From: Candidatus Collierbacteria bacterium RIFOXYD2_FULL_45_13
GTDB lineage: Bacteria > Patescibacteriota > Microgenomatia > UBA1400 > MFAQ01
Assembly: GCA_001774685.1 (NCBI GenBank)
Contig: MFAS01000001.1
Span: forward strand, 287,557 to 351,556
Length of the DNA stretch: 64,000 bases
Reading direction: 5' to 3'
The notes under the pieces are model-generated. The model saw nothing but the letters and a program-made list of their open reading frames with translations, made no database searches and was not told where the DNA came from. A program made the position numbers and the translations under genes. Of the stretch, positions 1-7,646 are shown piece after piece. Each line of letters opens with the position of its first letter. Within the stretch, counting starts at the first letter, position 1.

Positions 1-125
1 GATACCTTTATCCAGGTGAGCCACTTGCTTGTCCCGAAAGTATCGAGGTGGTTAAATATGTCCGTCTTGCCCAAAACGATACCTATCACATCCAAGAGGG
101 CAGTTGTCAAGTGATCTCGCAGTAA
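1..125 (+). CDS. 3' end of a hypothetical protein (partial, ...YLYPGEPLACPESIEVVKYVRLAQNDTYHIQEGSCQVISQ*)
   Basis: Open frame from window edge to TAA at 123-125, followed by hairpin CCCGATC-ttcca-GGTCGGG and a T-rich tract. Confidence 0.4.
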   Translation, partial: YLYPGEPLACPESIEVVKYVRLAQNDTYHIQEGSCQVISQ

Positions 126-222
126 CCCAATCAAACCCGATCTTCCAGGTCGGGCTTTCTATTTTTACACGATCTTCTACACTCACATAAGTCTTAATGA
201 GCTTGCTATAATTTGTCTGAAC

Positions 223-2058
223 ATGACCATACACGACATTAGACAAAAATACTTCGACTTTATGGAATCGAAGGGGCATAAAATCATTCCTTCTAGTCCG
301 CTTGTCTTGGAAGGCGACGCCACGACTCTATTTACCTCTTCCGGGATGCAACCCATGATGCCCTATTTACTCGGACAAAAACATCCGTTAGGTACCAGAC
401 TAGTCGACTCCCAAAAATGTTTTCGTTCTCAAGATATCGACGAAGTCGGGGATAATCGTCACACCACCTTTTTTGAAATGTTGGGCAATTGGTCCCTTGG
501 TGATTATTTTAAAAAGGAACAGCTGGCATATTTCTTCGCTTTTTTAACGGACAAAAAAATAGGTCTCGGTCTTGACCCCCATCGACTCTACGTTTCTGTC
601 TTCGCCGGAGGGTCCGGTGTTGACAAAGATGACGATGCCATCATGATCTGGCAGAATCTATTCGCCAAAGTCGGCATCCAGGCCAAAGAGGGTCAGCGGA
701 TTTTCCCTTACCCGGCCAAAAAGAATTGGTGGTCGCGCACTGGAATACCGGAACAGATGCCGGCGGGGGAGCCGGGTGGTCCTGATAGTGAAGTCTTCTT
801 CGACTTTGGTGCAGAAAGAAATCTCCACGAAAATTCACCATGGAAAAACGAATCTTGTCACATCAACTGTGATTGTGGACGCTTCGTGGAGATCGGCAAC
901 AATGTTTTTATGCAATATGTCAAACAGGCTGATGGAACCCTCAAAGAACTTCCTCAAAAAAATATTGATTTCGGCGGAGGTCTCACCCGTCTCGAGGCCG
1001 CTGTCCGAGACGATCCGGACATGTTTAACATTTCTTCTCTGGCTCCGGTAATACAAGAAATCGAAAAAATTTCTGAACATTCATACTCACAAGAGGGTCA
1101 CCGCCCGTCCATGCGCGTCATTGCCGATCACCTAACAGCCGCTTCCTTTCTCATCAAAGACGGCATCTTCCCCAGTAATAAGGGCCAAGGTTATGTTCTC
1201 CGCCGCCTTCTCCGCCGAGCAGCCATCAAGCTGTACTTCTTGACCGACAACCGCGAATCAATCGTCAAACTTCCGGACATAGTCAGGGTGATAACTCAGT
1301 TTTATGGCGAACCCTATTTTAGTCCCGATGACTATCCTTTAATTCAGAATACTATTACTGTCGAAATCTCTAAGTTTAGCCACTCCTTAGACAGGGGACT
1401 AAAGGAACTCCAAAAAAATCCCCAGGTCGATGGTAAATTTGCCTTTGACCTTTATCAAAACTACGGTTTCCCTCTAGAAGTCACCGCCGAGATCCTTTCC
1501 CAGATGGGTAAACAAGTTGACATCCAACAGTTCCAAAAGGAATTCGAAAAGCACAAAGAGCTCAGTCGCACCGCCTCTGCCGGTATGTTCAAGGGGGGCC
1601 TTGCCGATCACTCTGATGTTGTAACCGCCTACCACACTGCCACCCATCTGTTGCATGCCGCCCTCCGTCAAATCCTGGGTACTCACGTCCAACAAAAGGG
1701 CAGTAATATCACTTCCGAAAGATTGAGATTTGATTTTTCTCACCCGGAAAAATTATCCGACATCCAAATCAAAGCAGTCCAAGATTTAATCAATCAAGAA
1801 ATTTCCGAGAGACTTACTGTTACCAGAGAAGAACTTCCTAAAGAAAAAGCCTTGGCTCAAGGTGCTCTTGCTTTTTTCGGTCAAAAATACCCCGAAAAAG
1901 TCACTGTATATACCATTGGAGACAAGAAACATTTCTTTTCCAAAGAGCTTTGTGGTGGACCACATGTGGAAAGTCTGGCAGAACTTGCTAAGATAAATAT
2001 AGTCAAACAAGAATCTCTTGGAGCCGGAACGCGCCGTCTCTATTTACAATTTGTTTGA
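223..2058 (+). CDS. alaS: alanine--tRNA ligase, short form lacking C-Ala domain
   Basis: HTTFFEMLGNWSLGDYFK, VEIGNNVFMQY, HTATHLL and ELCGGPH editing motifs. Confidence 0.97.
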   Translation: MTIHDIRQKYFDFMESKGHKIIPSSPLVLEGDATTLFTSSGMQPMMPYLLGQKHPLGTRLVDSQKCFRSQDIDEVGDNRHTTFFEMLGNWSLGDYFKKEQLAYFFAFLTDKKIGLGLDPHRLYVSVFAGGSGVDKDDDAIMIWQNLFAKVGIQAKEGQRIFPYPAKKNWWSRTGIPEQMPAGEPGGPDSEVFFDFGAERNLHENSPWKNESCHINCDCGRFVEIGNNVFMQYVKQADGTLKELPQKNIDFGGGLTRLEAAVRDDPDMFNISSLAPVIQEIEKISEHSYSQEGHRPSMRVIADHLTAASFLIKDGIFPSNKGQGYVLRRLLRRAAIKLYFLTDNRESIVKLPDIVRVITQFYGEPYFSPDDYPLIQNTITVEISKFSHSLDRGLKELQKNPQVDGKFAFDLYQNYGFPLEVTAEILSQMGKQVDIQQFQKEFEKHKELSRTASAGMFKGGLADHSDVVTAYHTATHLLHAALRQILGTHVQQKGSNITSERLRFDFSHPEKLSDIQIKAVQDLINQEISERLTVTREELPKEKALAQGALAFFGQKYPEKVTVYTIGDKKHFFSKELCGGPHVESLAELAKINIVKQESLGAGTRRLYLQFV

Positions 2059-2070
2059 CAAGGCAACTGT

Positions 2071-4236
2071 GTGAACCTAGTCAACTTATTTGGTAATAAA
2101 TCAAAAGCACCCGAACCAGAATATTTCCTGGCTGTAGAAATTCACGAATCCCTAATCAAGACCGCACTCTGGGAAATTCTTGAAGGTCAACCGGAAATCG
2201 TCAACGTCGGGTCTTACGAGTCGTGGACGGATGAAGATTCGCTAATCAACGGTGTCGATTCGTCTTTGGAACAAGCCATCAAGGTTATTAAAGGCCAGCC
2301 CAAGCGAGTCATTTTTGGACTTCCCGACTCCTGGATGGAGCAAGACAAGATTCATGCCACCAAAACCAAATTAATTACTCACCTCTGTAAGGAGCTGGGT
2401 CTTGATCCGATCGGTGTTGTCACCACGAACCGTGCAGTTGCCCATTATTTGAAGAAGCGAGAGGGTATGCCGCCGACAGTGATTCTCTTGGAAGTCTATA
2501 CTTCTAAGGTTGCCGTTTCCTACGTTTATCTTGGCGAAGTCAAACAAACCGAAGAGGCGGCCCGGTCCGGGGACCTGGCTCATGACGTTGAGGAGGGTTT
2601 GACGAGAATGGACCTCCCGAACTATCCTGCCAGGTTTATTTTAACGAATGGAAACAGCCTGGAAGAAGAGTCGCAACAAATCACTGCCTTTCCTTGGACG
2701 GATCGTTTGCCTTTTAAACATATACCAAAGGTCGAAGTCCTACCGATTGACTTTTCTATTAAGTCAATTGCTCTCACCGGCGGAGTCGAAGCTGTTCAGT
2801 TCTTGGGAATGGAGGTGGTCGAAGATGAATCCCCCAACGCCACCGTAGGTGATGATTCAAACTTGGTCATACCGGTAGAAACTCCCTCATCTATGGAAGA
2901 GATCGGCTTTGCCTATGAAGAAACTTCAGCCCCTGCTGACATCCCCGTTGCTCCGTCGACACCGGAGGTCGTCTCCGACGATGATTCTTCCCCGGAAATC
3001 TCCGAAGATGAACCGGAGTACGCCTTTTCCGATGAAGTTGCCCCTCCCCAGAAACCGCGTTTGGCAATCAAACTTCCCCGGATTCCCAAATACTCCCTTC
3101 CTTCGTTGCCTCATTTCGGTTTTTCTTGGTTGTTTCTCTTGGCCATTCCGGCTGTTCTGATTATCGTCTTTATTGGGTATCTATTCTTTGGTCAAGTCCA
3201 GATTACCATTCATTTCGACCCTCAGAAGATTAGCCGCCAGATTGGTATTGCCATAGCCGAGTCATCCCAGTCGGGAATTCCAACTCTTATAGCTACCAAA
3301 AAAACCTTTACCGGCTCTGCCACCGAATCAGTGCCCACTACGGGAACGGCGACGGTCGGAGATAAAGCCTCGGGGACAATTACCATAGCCAATAAGTCAG
3401 TTGCCCCAATCGTCCTTAAAGCGGGTACTGCAATCACCAACGATACCGGGAAATATGTCTATACTTTGGTCAGTCCCGTAACGGTAGCTTCAGCCAGCTC
3501 AGATCCGATAGATCCCGTATCCGGCAAAGCTAATGGAGTTCAGGTGACCGCTGTTCGTATCGGTGCCGAGTACAACCTAACCAAAAATACAATCTTTTCT
3601 GTCGATAATTTTTCCAAATCCATTGCCGCCGCCATCGCCGAATCTGACTTTACTGGCGGGACTTCGAGAACTGTCAACGCTGTTTCCAAAGCAGATCAGG
3701 ATAAAGTTCTGGCTACCGCTACCGAGAAGATAAAGTCACAGGTCAAGGTCGATTCCGAAATACAAACTCCCGGCTTCAAAACCCTTCCTCTGTCAGACAT
3801 CCAATTTACCAAAAAACAATTCGATCACAATCTTAACGAAGAAGCAACTTCCGTAAGCTTGGTTCTGGAAGGCTCCCTTGAGGCTCTGGTCTACTCCGAA
3901 AACGATCTTTACTCCCTGACCATAGAGCAGATCAAAGACCAAATCCCTTCAGGCTCGTCAACCACTCGAGAGTCCACTGTAATCCACGTCGAAAACCCCA
4001 CCAAGGTAGATGGGAGTTATCAGGCCAAAGTAATTATCGAGGCACCTCTATTTCCCGGAATTGACGAAAACAAACTAGCTGGGTATATCAAAGGTAAACC
4101 TACTGCTAGCATCCGCCACTTTTTTGAACCTATTAGTGGTTTTACTTCCGCGGATGTCAAAATCTACCCTCCGATTCCTTTTATCACCAAAATTCTTCCC
4201 CTAAAGAATATCAAGTTTGAGCTAATTGGGAACTAA
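2071..4236 (+). CDS. membrane protein: N-terminal FtsA/PilM-like domain, acidic linker, one TM helix, C-terminal baseplate-J-like domain
   Basis: FLAVEI...K start resembles actin fold; TM at about aa 350-373; KASGTITIAN...GT, IGAEYN, FTGG pattern typical of CPR baseplate-J-like proteins. Confidence 0.6.
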   Translation: MNLVNLFGNKSKAPEPEYFLAVEIHESLIKTALWEILEGQPEIVNVGSYESWTDEDSLINGVDSSLEQAIKVIKGQPKRVIFGLPDSWMEQDKIHATKTKLITHLCKELGLDPIGVVTTNRAVAHYLKKREGMPPTVILLEVYTSKVAVSYVYLGEVKQTEEAARSGDLAHDVEEGLTRMDLPNYPARFILTNGNSLEEESQQITAFPWTDRLPFKHIPKVEVLPIDFSIKSIALTGGVEAVQFLGMEVVEDESPNATVGDDSNLVIPVETPSSMEEIGFAYEETSAPADIPVAPSTPEVVSDDDSSPEISEDEPEYAFSDEVAPPQKPRLAIKLPRIPKYSLPSLPHFGFSWLFLLAIPAVLIIVFIGYLFFGQVQITIHFDPQKISRQIGIAIAESSQSGIPTLIATKKTFTGSATESVPTTGTATVGDKASGTITIANKSVAPIVLKAGTAITNDTGKYVYTLVSPVTVASASSDPIDPVSGKANGVQVTAVRIGAEYNLTKNTIFSVDNFSKSIAAAIAESDFTGGTSRTVNAVSKADQDKVLATATEKIKSQVKVDSEIQTPGFKTLPLSDIQFTKKQFDHNLNEEATSVSLVLEGSLEALVYSENDLYSLTIEQIKDQIPSGSSTTRESTVIHVENPTKVDGSYQAKVIIEAPLFPGIDENKLAGYIKGKPTASIRHFFEPISGFTSADVKIYPPIPFITKILPLKNIKFELIGN

Positions 4237-4989
4237 ATGTTGTACAGCTATCGCAAGGCCACCCCGGATAATCCACATCCGGGCAGGCGCATACCTCGCT
4301 ATTTAAAAACCATTCCTACCTTGGTGTCTGCCTTGGGACTAGGGATACTCGCTGGCGTTGCCTATCCGGTCGTCAGTTATCAGTTCAAAGACATCAAACT
4401 TTTTAGCTCTTCTGATTCCGGCTTACTCTCCCCCGTTTATTATCAATCAAAGGCAGAAGACAACTCCTCTCCTGTTATCGTCAATGGTTTGGATTACACC
4501 AAAGCCAGTAGTTGGTTCCCGGGTAGTATTCAAAACGAATTTTTTTCTGCTCAAACGCCCGCCACAGACAACTCTCCGGATTCATATACTCTTTCTATTC
4601 CCTCACTCGGAATTATCAATGCACAAGTCGCCATTCGGGACGAAGATCTGACCAAACATTTAGTGCAGTACCCTCAGACAGCTCTTCCCGGTCAAATTGG
4701 CTCTCCGGTGATCTTTGGTCACTCTACACTGCCTCAGTTCTTTGATCCCCAAAAATACACCACGATCTTTTCAACGTTACCAAAAGTCAAAGTCGGCTCC
4801 GATGTTTTTATTACCTACGACGGTATCGAGTATACCTATCGTATTACCAAGACCTTTGAGGTCAAGCCCAATGAGTTGTGGGTTCTCCGACAGGACTACT
4901 CGGATAAAACCCTCAAGGTCATTACTTGTGTACCACCCGGCACCACCCTCCGGCGCCTGATTGTCGAAGGCACCCTCATCAACAACTAG
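4237..4989 (+). CDS. sortase family protein
   Basis: N-terminal TM; LSIPSLG, VIFGHS (His), LKVITC (Cys), RLIV (Arg). Confidence 0.9.
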   Translation: MLYSYRKATPDNPHPGRRIPRYLKTIPTLVSALGLGILAGVAYPVVSYQFKDIKLFSSSDSGLLSPVYYQSKAEDNSSPVIVNGLDYTKASSWFPGSIQNEFFSAQTPATDNSPDSYTLSIPSLGIINAQVAIRDEDLTKHLVQYPQTALPGQIGSPVIFGHSTLPQFFDPQKYTTIFSTLPKVKVGSDVFITYDGIEYTYRITKTFEVKPNELWVLRQDYSDKTLKVITCVPPGTTLRRLIVEGTLINN

Positions 4990-5005
4990 TCGATATAATC
5001 AAACA

Positions 5006-5398
5006 ATGCCCACAATTCTCTGTCTTGACCCAGGAACCGCTCACACCGGCATCGCTATCTCCGAAGAGGGGGTACTCGCCACACCTGTTACCACCATCTA
5101 CGAAAAGGATCTCGGTCAATTGGTTACCAAGATTTTGCCCTATCTCCGCAAATACAACCCAGATAGAATCGTCATCGGTGTTCCCGAATATGGGCCGATT
5201 GTGCAGTTCGCTACGGACCTTAGTGAAAAAATATATGCCAATTTTCCCAAACAAATTGTATTTTTTCGTGAAGACCTCAGCTCTCACGCCGCCAGACACG
5301 TCTTGAAGGCTCAGGGAAAAACGTTACTGAGACGTAAAAAAGAAGAGCATCAAACCGCCGCCGCCCTCATCCTCCAAGACCACCTCGACTCACTATAA
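5006..5398 (+). CDS. ruvX: Holliday junction resolvase-like RuvX/YqgF
   Basis: ILCLDPGTAHTGIAIS, IVIGVP, EDLSS, AAALILQ; alaS-ruvX-mltG synteny; start moved to ATG 5006, just after TATAAT. Confidence 0.9.
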   Translation: MPTILCLDPGTAHTGIAISEEGVLATPVTTIYEKDLGQLVTKILPYLRKYNPDRIVIGVPEYGPIVQFATDLSEKIYANFPKQIVFFREDLSSHAARHVLKAQGKTLLRRKKEEHQTAAALILQDHLDSL

Positions 5399-5474
5399 CG
5401 CTTCTCTCATTCAGAGTATCGGGTCCGAAACCAACCGAAATACTTCAACCATACTGTTTTGATACAATCTATTT

Positions 5475-5681
5475 ATGTTCAAGAATATTATTGCTCCGGT
5501 ACAGGCTTGGCTTCTCTCACGAGGCGTTTGCGTCGGCTGTGGTACACCATTAACAGATGGTCAAAGTAAACCTTCCACCAAGGTTAAAGATTGCGACCAG
5601 GTTACCTGCAAGTGTGGCCGGGTTTTTGTTTATAATCCCAAGACCAACACCTATCGCCGTGCTCTCTTGAGCGAAATATAA
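5475..5681 (+). CDS. small zinc-ribbon protein (CxxC...CxC)
   Basis: CVGCG and CKCG motifs; TGATACAAT 6 nt upstream of ATG; tight spacing to mltG. Confidence 0.7.
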   Translation: MFKNIIAPVQAWLLSRGVCVGCGTPLTDGQSKPSTKVKDCDQVTCKCGRVFVYNPKTNTYRRALLSEI

Positions 5682-5686
5682 AGATT

Positions 5687-6673
5687 ATGTTTAAGCGATT
5701 TTTCACCGCTTTAACCATACTCGCCGTCTTGTTTTTTGCCTGGTATTTTCAGTCGATTCAGCCTGTTTCCCGCAGTACCGGCCCACTCATTGATTTTGAG
5801 GTTAAACCAGGTGCTGGGGTAGATAGAATCGCCAATGATCTAAGTAGTGCCAGACTAATCCGTTCCCGTGTCGGCTTCAAGATTACCGTTATCCGTTTAG
5901 GCATTGCCAACAAAATTCAGGCAGGTCTCTTCAAGCTTTCACCTTCTATGAGTGCGACAGAACTGGCGGAGGCTCTCACTCATGCATATGCCCGCCAAAT
6001 CCGAGTTACCATTCCCGAAGGTCTCAGAAGCGAGGAAATTAACTTACTTTTTGAAAAAGCTTTTAGTCAAGTTAAAGAGAACATATACAACCCGGCCGAG
6101 TTTACCCGTCAAACCAAGAACTTGGAAGGTTACCTCTTCCCCGACACTTATGATTTTGTCCCCGAAGCCACTGCCTCGGACATAGTCAAACGTCTCACCG
6201 GCCGTTTTAATGACGTTGTTAGTGACTTAAACATTTCCAAAGAAGACCTCCCACGCGCACTCATTCTGGCTTCCCTTCTGGAAAGAGAAGCTTTTTCTGC
6301 CCCCGAAATGCCCTTGGTGTCCGGAGTTATTGTAAAGCGTTTAAACATCGGCATGGCTTTACAGATAGATGCTACGGTTCAATACGCCGTTGGTTCTGCC
6401 CGATGTAAACAAATTGACTGTGACTGGTGGAAGAAAATTCTGACCAAGGACGATCTGAAACTAAGCTCTCCCTACAACACCTATCAGAACCCGGGTCTGC
6501 CCCCAACACCAATTTCCAATCCCGGTAAAGACGCCCTATCTGCCGCGGTCAAACCGGTCATTGGAACCGCATTGTATTACCTTCACGACTCCGATGGCAA
6601 AATTCACTTTGCCGACACCTTACCGCAGCACAATCAAAACATCTGCACCTATCTCAAAAAAGACTGTAGGTAA
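5687..6673 (+). CDS. mltG: endolytic transglycosylase MltG
   Basis: TIPEG, LEGYLFPDTY, ASLLEREA, LQIDAT, SPYNTY, GLPPTPISNPG. Confidence 0.96.
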   Translation: MFKRFFTALTILAVLFFAWYFQSIQPVSRSTGPLIDFEVKPGAGVDRIANDLSSARLIRSRVGFKITVIRLGIANKIQAGLFKLSPSMSATELAEALTHAYARQIRVTIPEGLRSEEINLLFEKAFSQVKENIYNPAEFTRQTKNLEGYLFPDTYDFVPEATASDIVKRLTGRFNDVVSDLNISKEDLPRALILASLLEREAFSAPEMPLVSGVIVKRLNIGMALQIDATVQYAVGSARCKQIDCDWWKKILTKDDLKLSSPYNTYQNPGLPPTPISNPGKDALSAAVKPVIGTALYYLHDSDGKIHFADTLPQHNQNICTYLKKDCR

Positions 6674-6674
6674 C

Positions 6675-6706
6675 AAAAAACCGGTGGCATTTCTGCACAC
6701 CGGTTT
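6675..6706 (-). terminator. intrinsic terminator between convergent mltG and orphan operon
   Basis: AAACCGGTG...CACCGGTTT hairpin with T6 tract on minus strand. Confidence 0.7.
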
Positions 6707-6710
6707 ACAT

Positions 6711-7034
6711 CTATTTCTCATCACGCATCCAAGATAACTTTCTTTTTTCCAGTTCTGCCCGAAAAGCCTCTTCGTTGAGGCGGATCGAGAGCAGGTCCCA
6801 TTTGAGTTCGTAGCGAACACGGGCAAGGAATTCAAGGTTCACTCCAAATCTTTCCGCAGTACGGTTCATCGCCCAGTATTCCACACCGAATCGCACGGCG
6901 ACCGTCAGAAACGCTAATCCAAAAGCCCAGGGTACCGCCCAGAAATTCCACAAATTAAAAACATGTATTACGACAGTCAGAAGAGTCATTCGTATCGCTA
7001 AAGATCGAATCGCTCCCAGCCAAAACCTTTTCAT
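6711..7034 (-). CDS. hypothetical membrane protein
   Basis: Two hydrophobic segments; AGGAG SD upstream. Confidence 0.65.
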   Translation of the reverse strand: MKRFWLGAIRSLAIRMTLLTVVIHVFNLWNFWAVPWAFGLAFLTVAVRFGVEYWAMNRTAERFGVNLEFLARVRYELKWDLLSIRLNEEAFRAELEKRKLSWMRDEK

Positions 7035-7052
7035 TATTGTCTCCTGGTTGGT

Positions 7053-7418
7053 TTATAGCTTCTTCCTTGCACGGTAGTCATTTAGATCACGATAAAAAGA
7101 CTTCGTGTCCCACTCGATGGGCTTCTGGCGACTCTTATATTTGTGGACACAGACCATCTTCACGGCCTCAGTATACTCAATGGCATACAAATCCAACACT
7201 TGGTTGATTCGCACCCATGTGCCGACGAGCGTAGTTACAAATTTCAGCACACAAGCAAATCCTACCGCCGCCACAAATCCCAGCAAAAGTGAACTAAAAG
7301 CTATTCCCGTCAGGCTGTTCACCACCAACAATATTGGGACAACGCTGAAACTCAACAGCATGCATGTAGCCAGTAGCATGAAAGCATCATACAGAGCTAC
7401 CTTTACGATCTTTTTCAT
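7053..7418 (-). CDS. hypothetical membrane protein
   Basis: Two TM segments; GGAGGAG SD before ATG 7418; TATAAT upstream. Confidence 0.65.
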   Translation of the reverse strand: MKKIVKVALYDAFMLLATCMLLSFSVVPILLVVNSLTGIAFSSLLLGFVAAVGFACVLKFVTTLVGTWVRINQVLDLYAIEYTEAVKMVCVHKYKSRQKPIEWDTKSFYRDLNDYRARKKL

Positions 7419-7521
7419 ATTTGGCACTCCTCCAGACAAAATGTGAACGTTCGTTTCTCGCCATATTATATACTATTATAAGATGATTGTCCACTATCTG
7501 ACCAAGTTCTCAATCTCCGTG

Positions 7522-7550
7522 TTGACAGCAAGCTAATTCAGCCCTATACT
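7522..7550 (+). promoter_or_regulatory. sigma70 promoter of rpoBC
   Basis: TTGACA-17 nt-TATACT. Confidence 0.8.
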
Positions 7551-7646
7551 ACACACACTGCTCTAAACTTGGCTGGGCTTTTTGCCAGTCAGGTTTTTGT
7601 ATGTTGTCCATTGTTATTTACTCCTGCCTAAATCCAAAAAATCCGG

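Noticed and set aside
223-2058. alaS as a truncated pseudogene
   Set aside because: Catalytic and editing domains are intact; short AlaRS without C-Ala is common in reduced genomes
2071-4236. Prophage or contractile injection system suggested by the baseplate-J-like domain
   Set aside because: No other phage structural genes; the gene has a TM helix and sits among housekeeping genes
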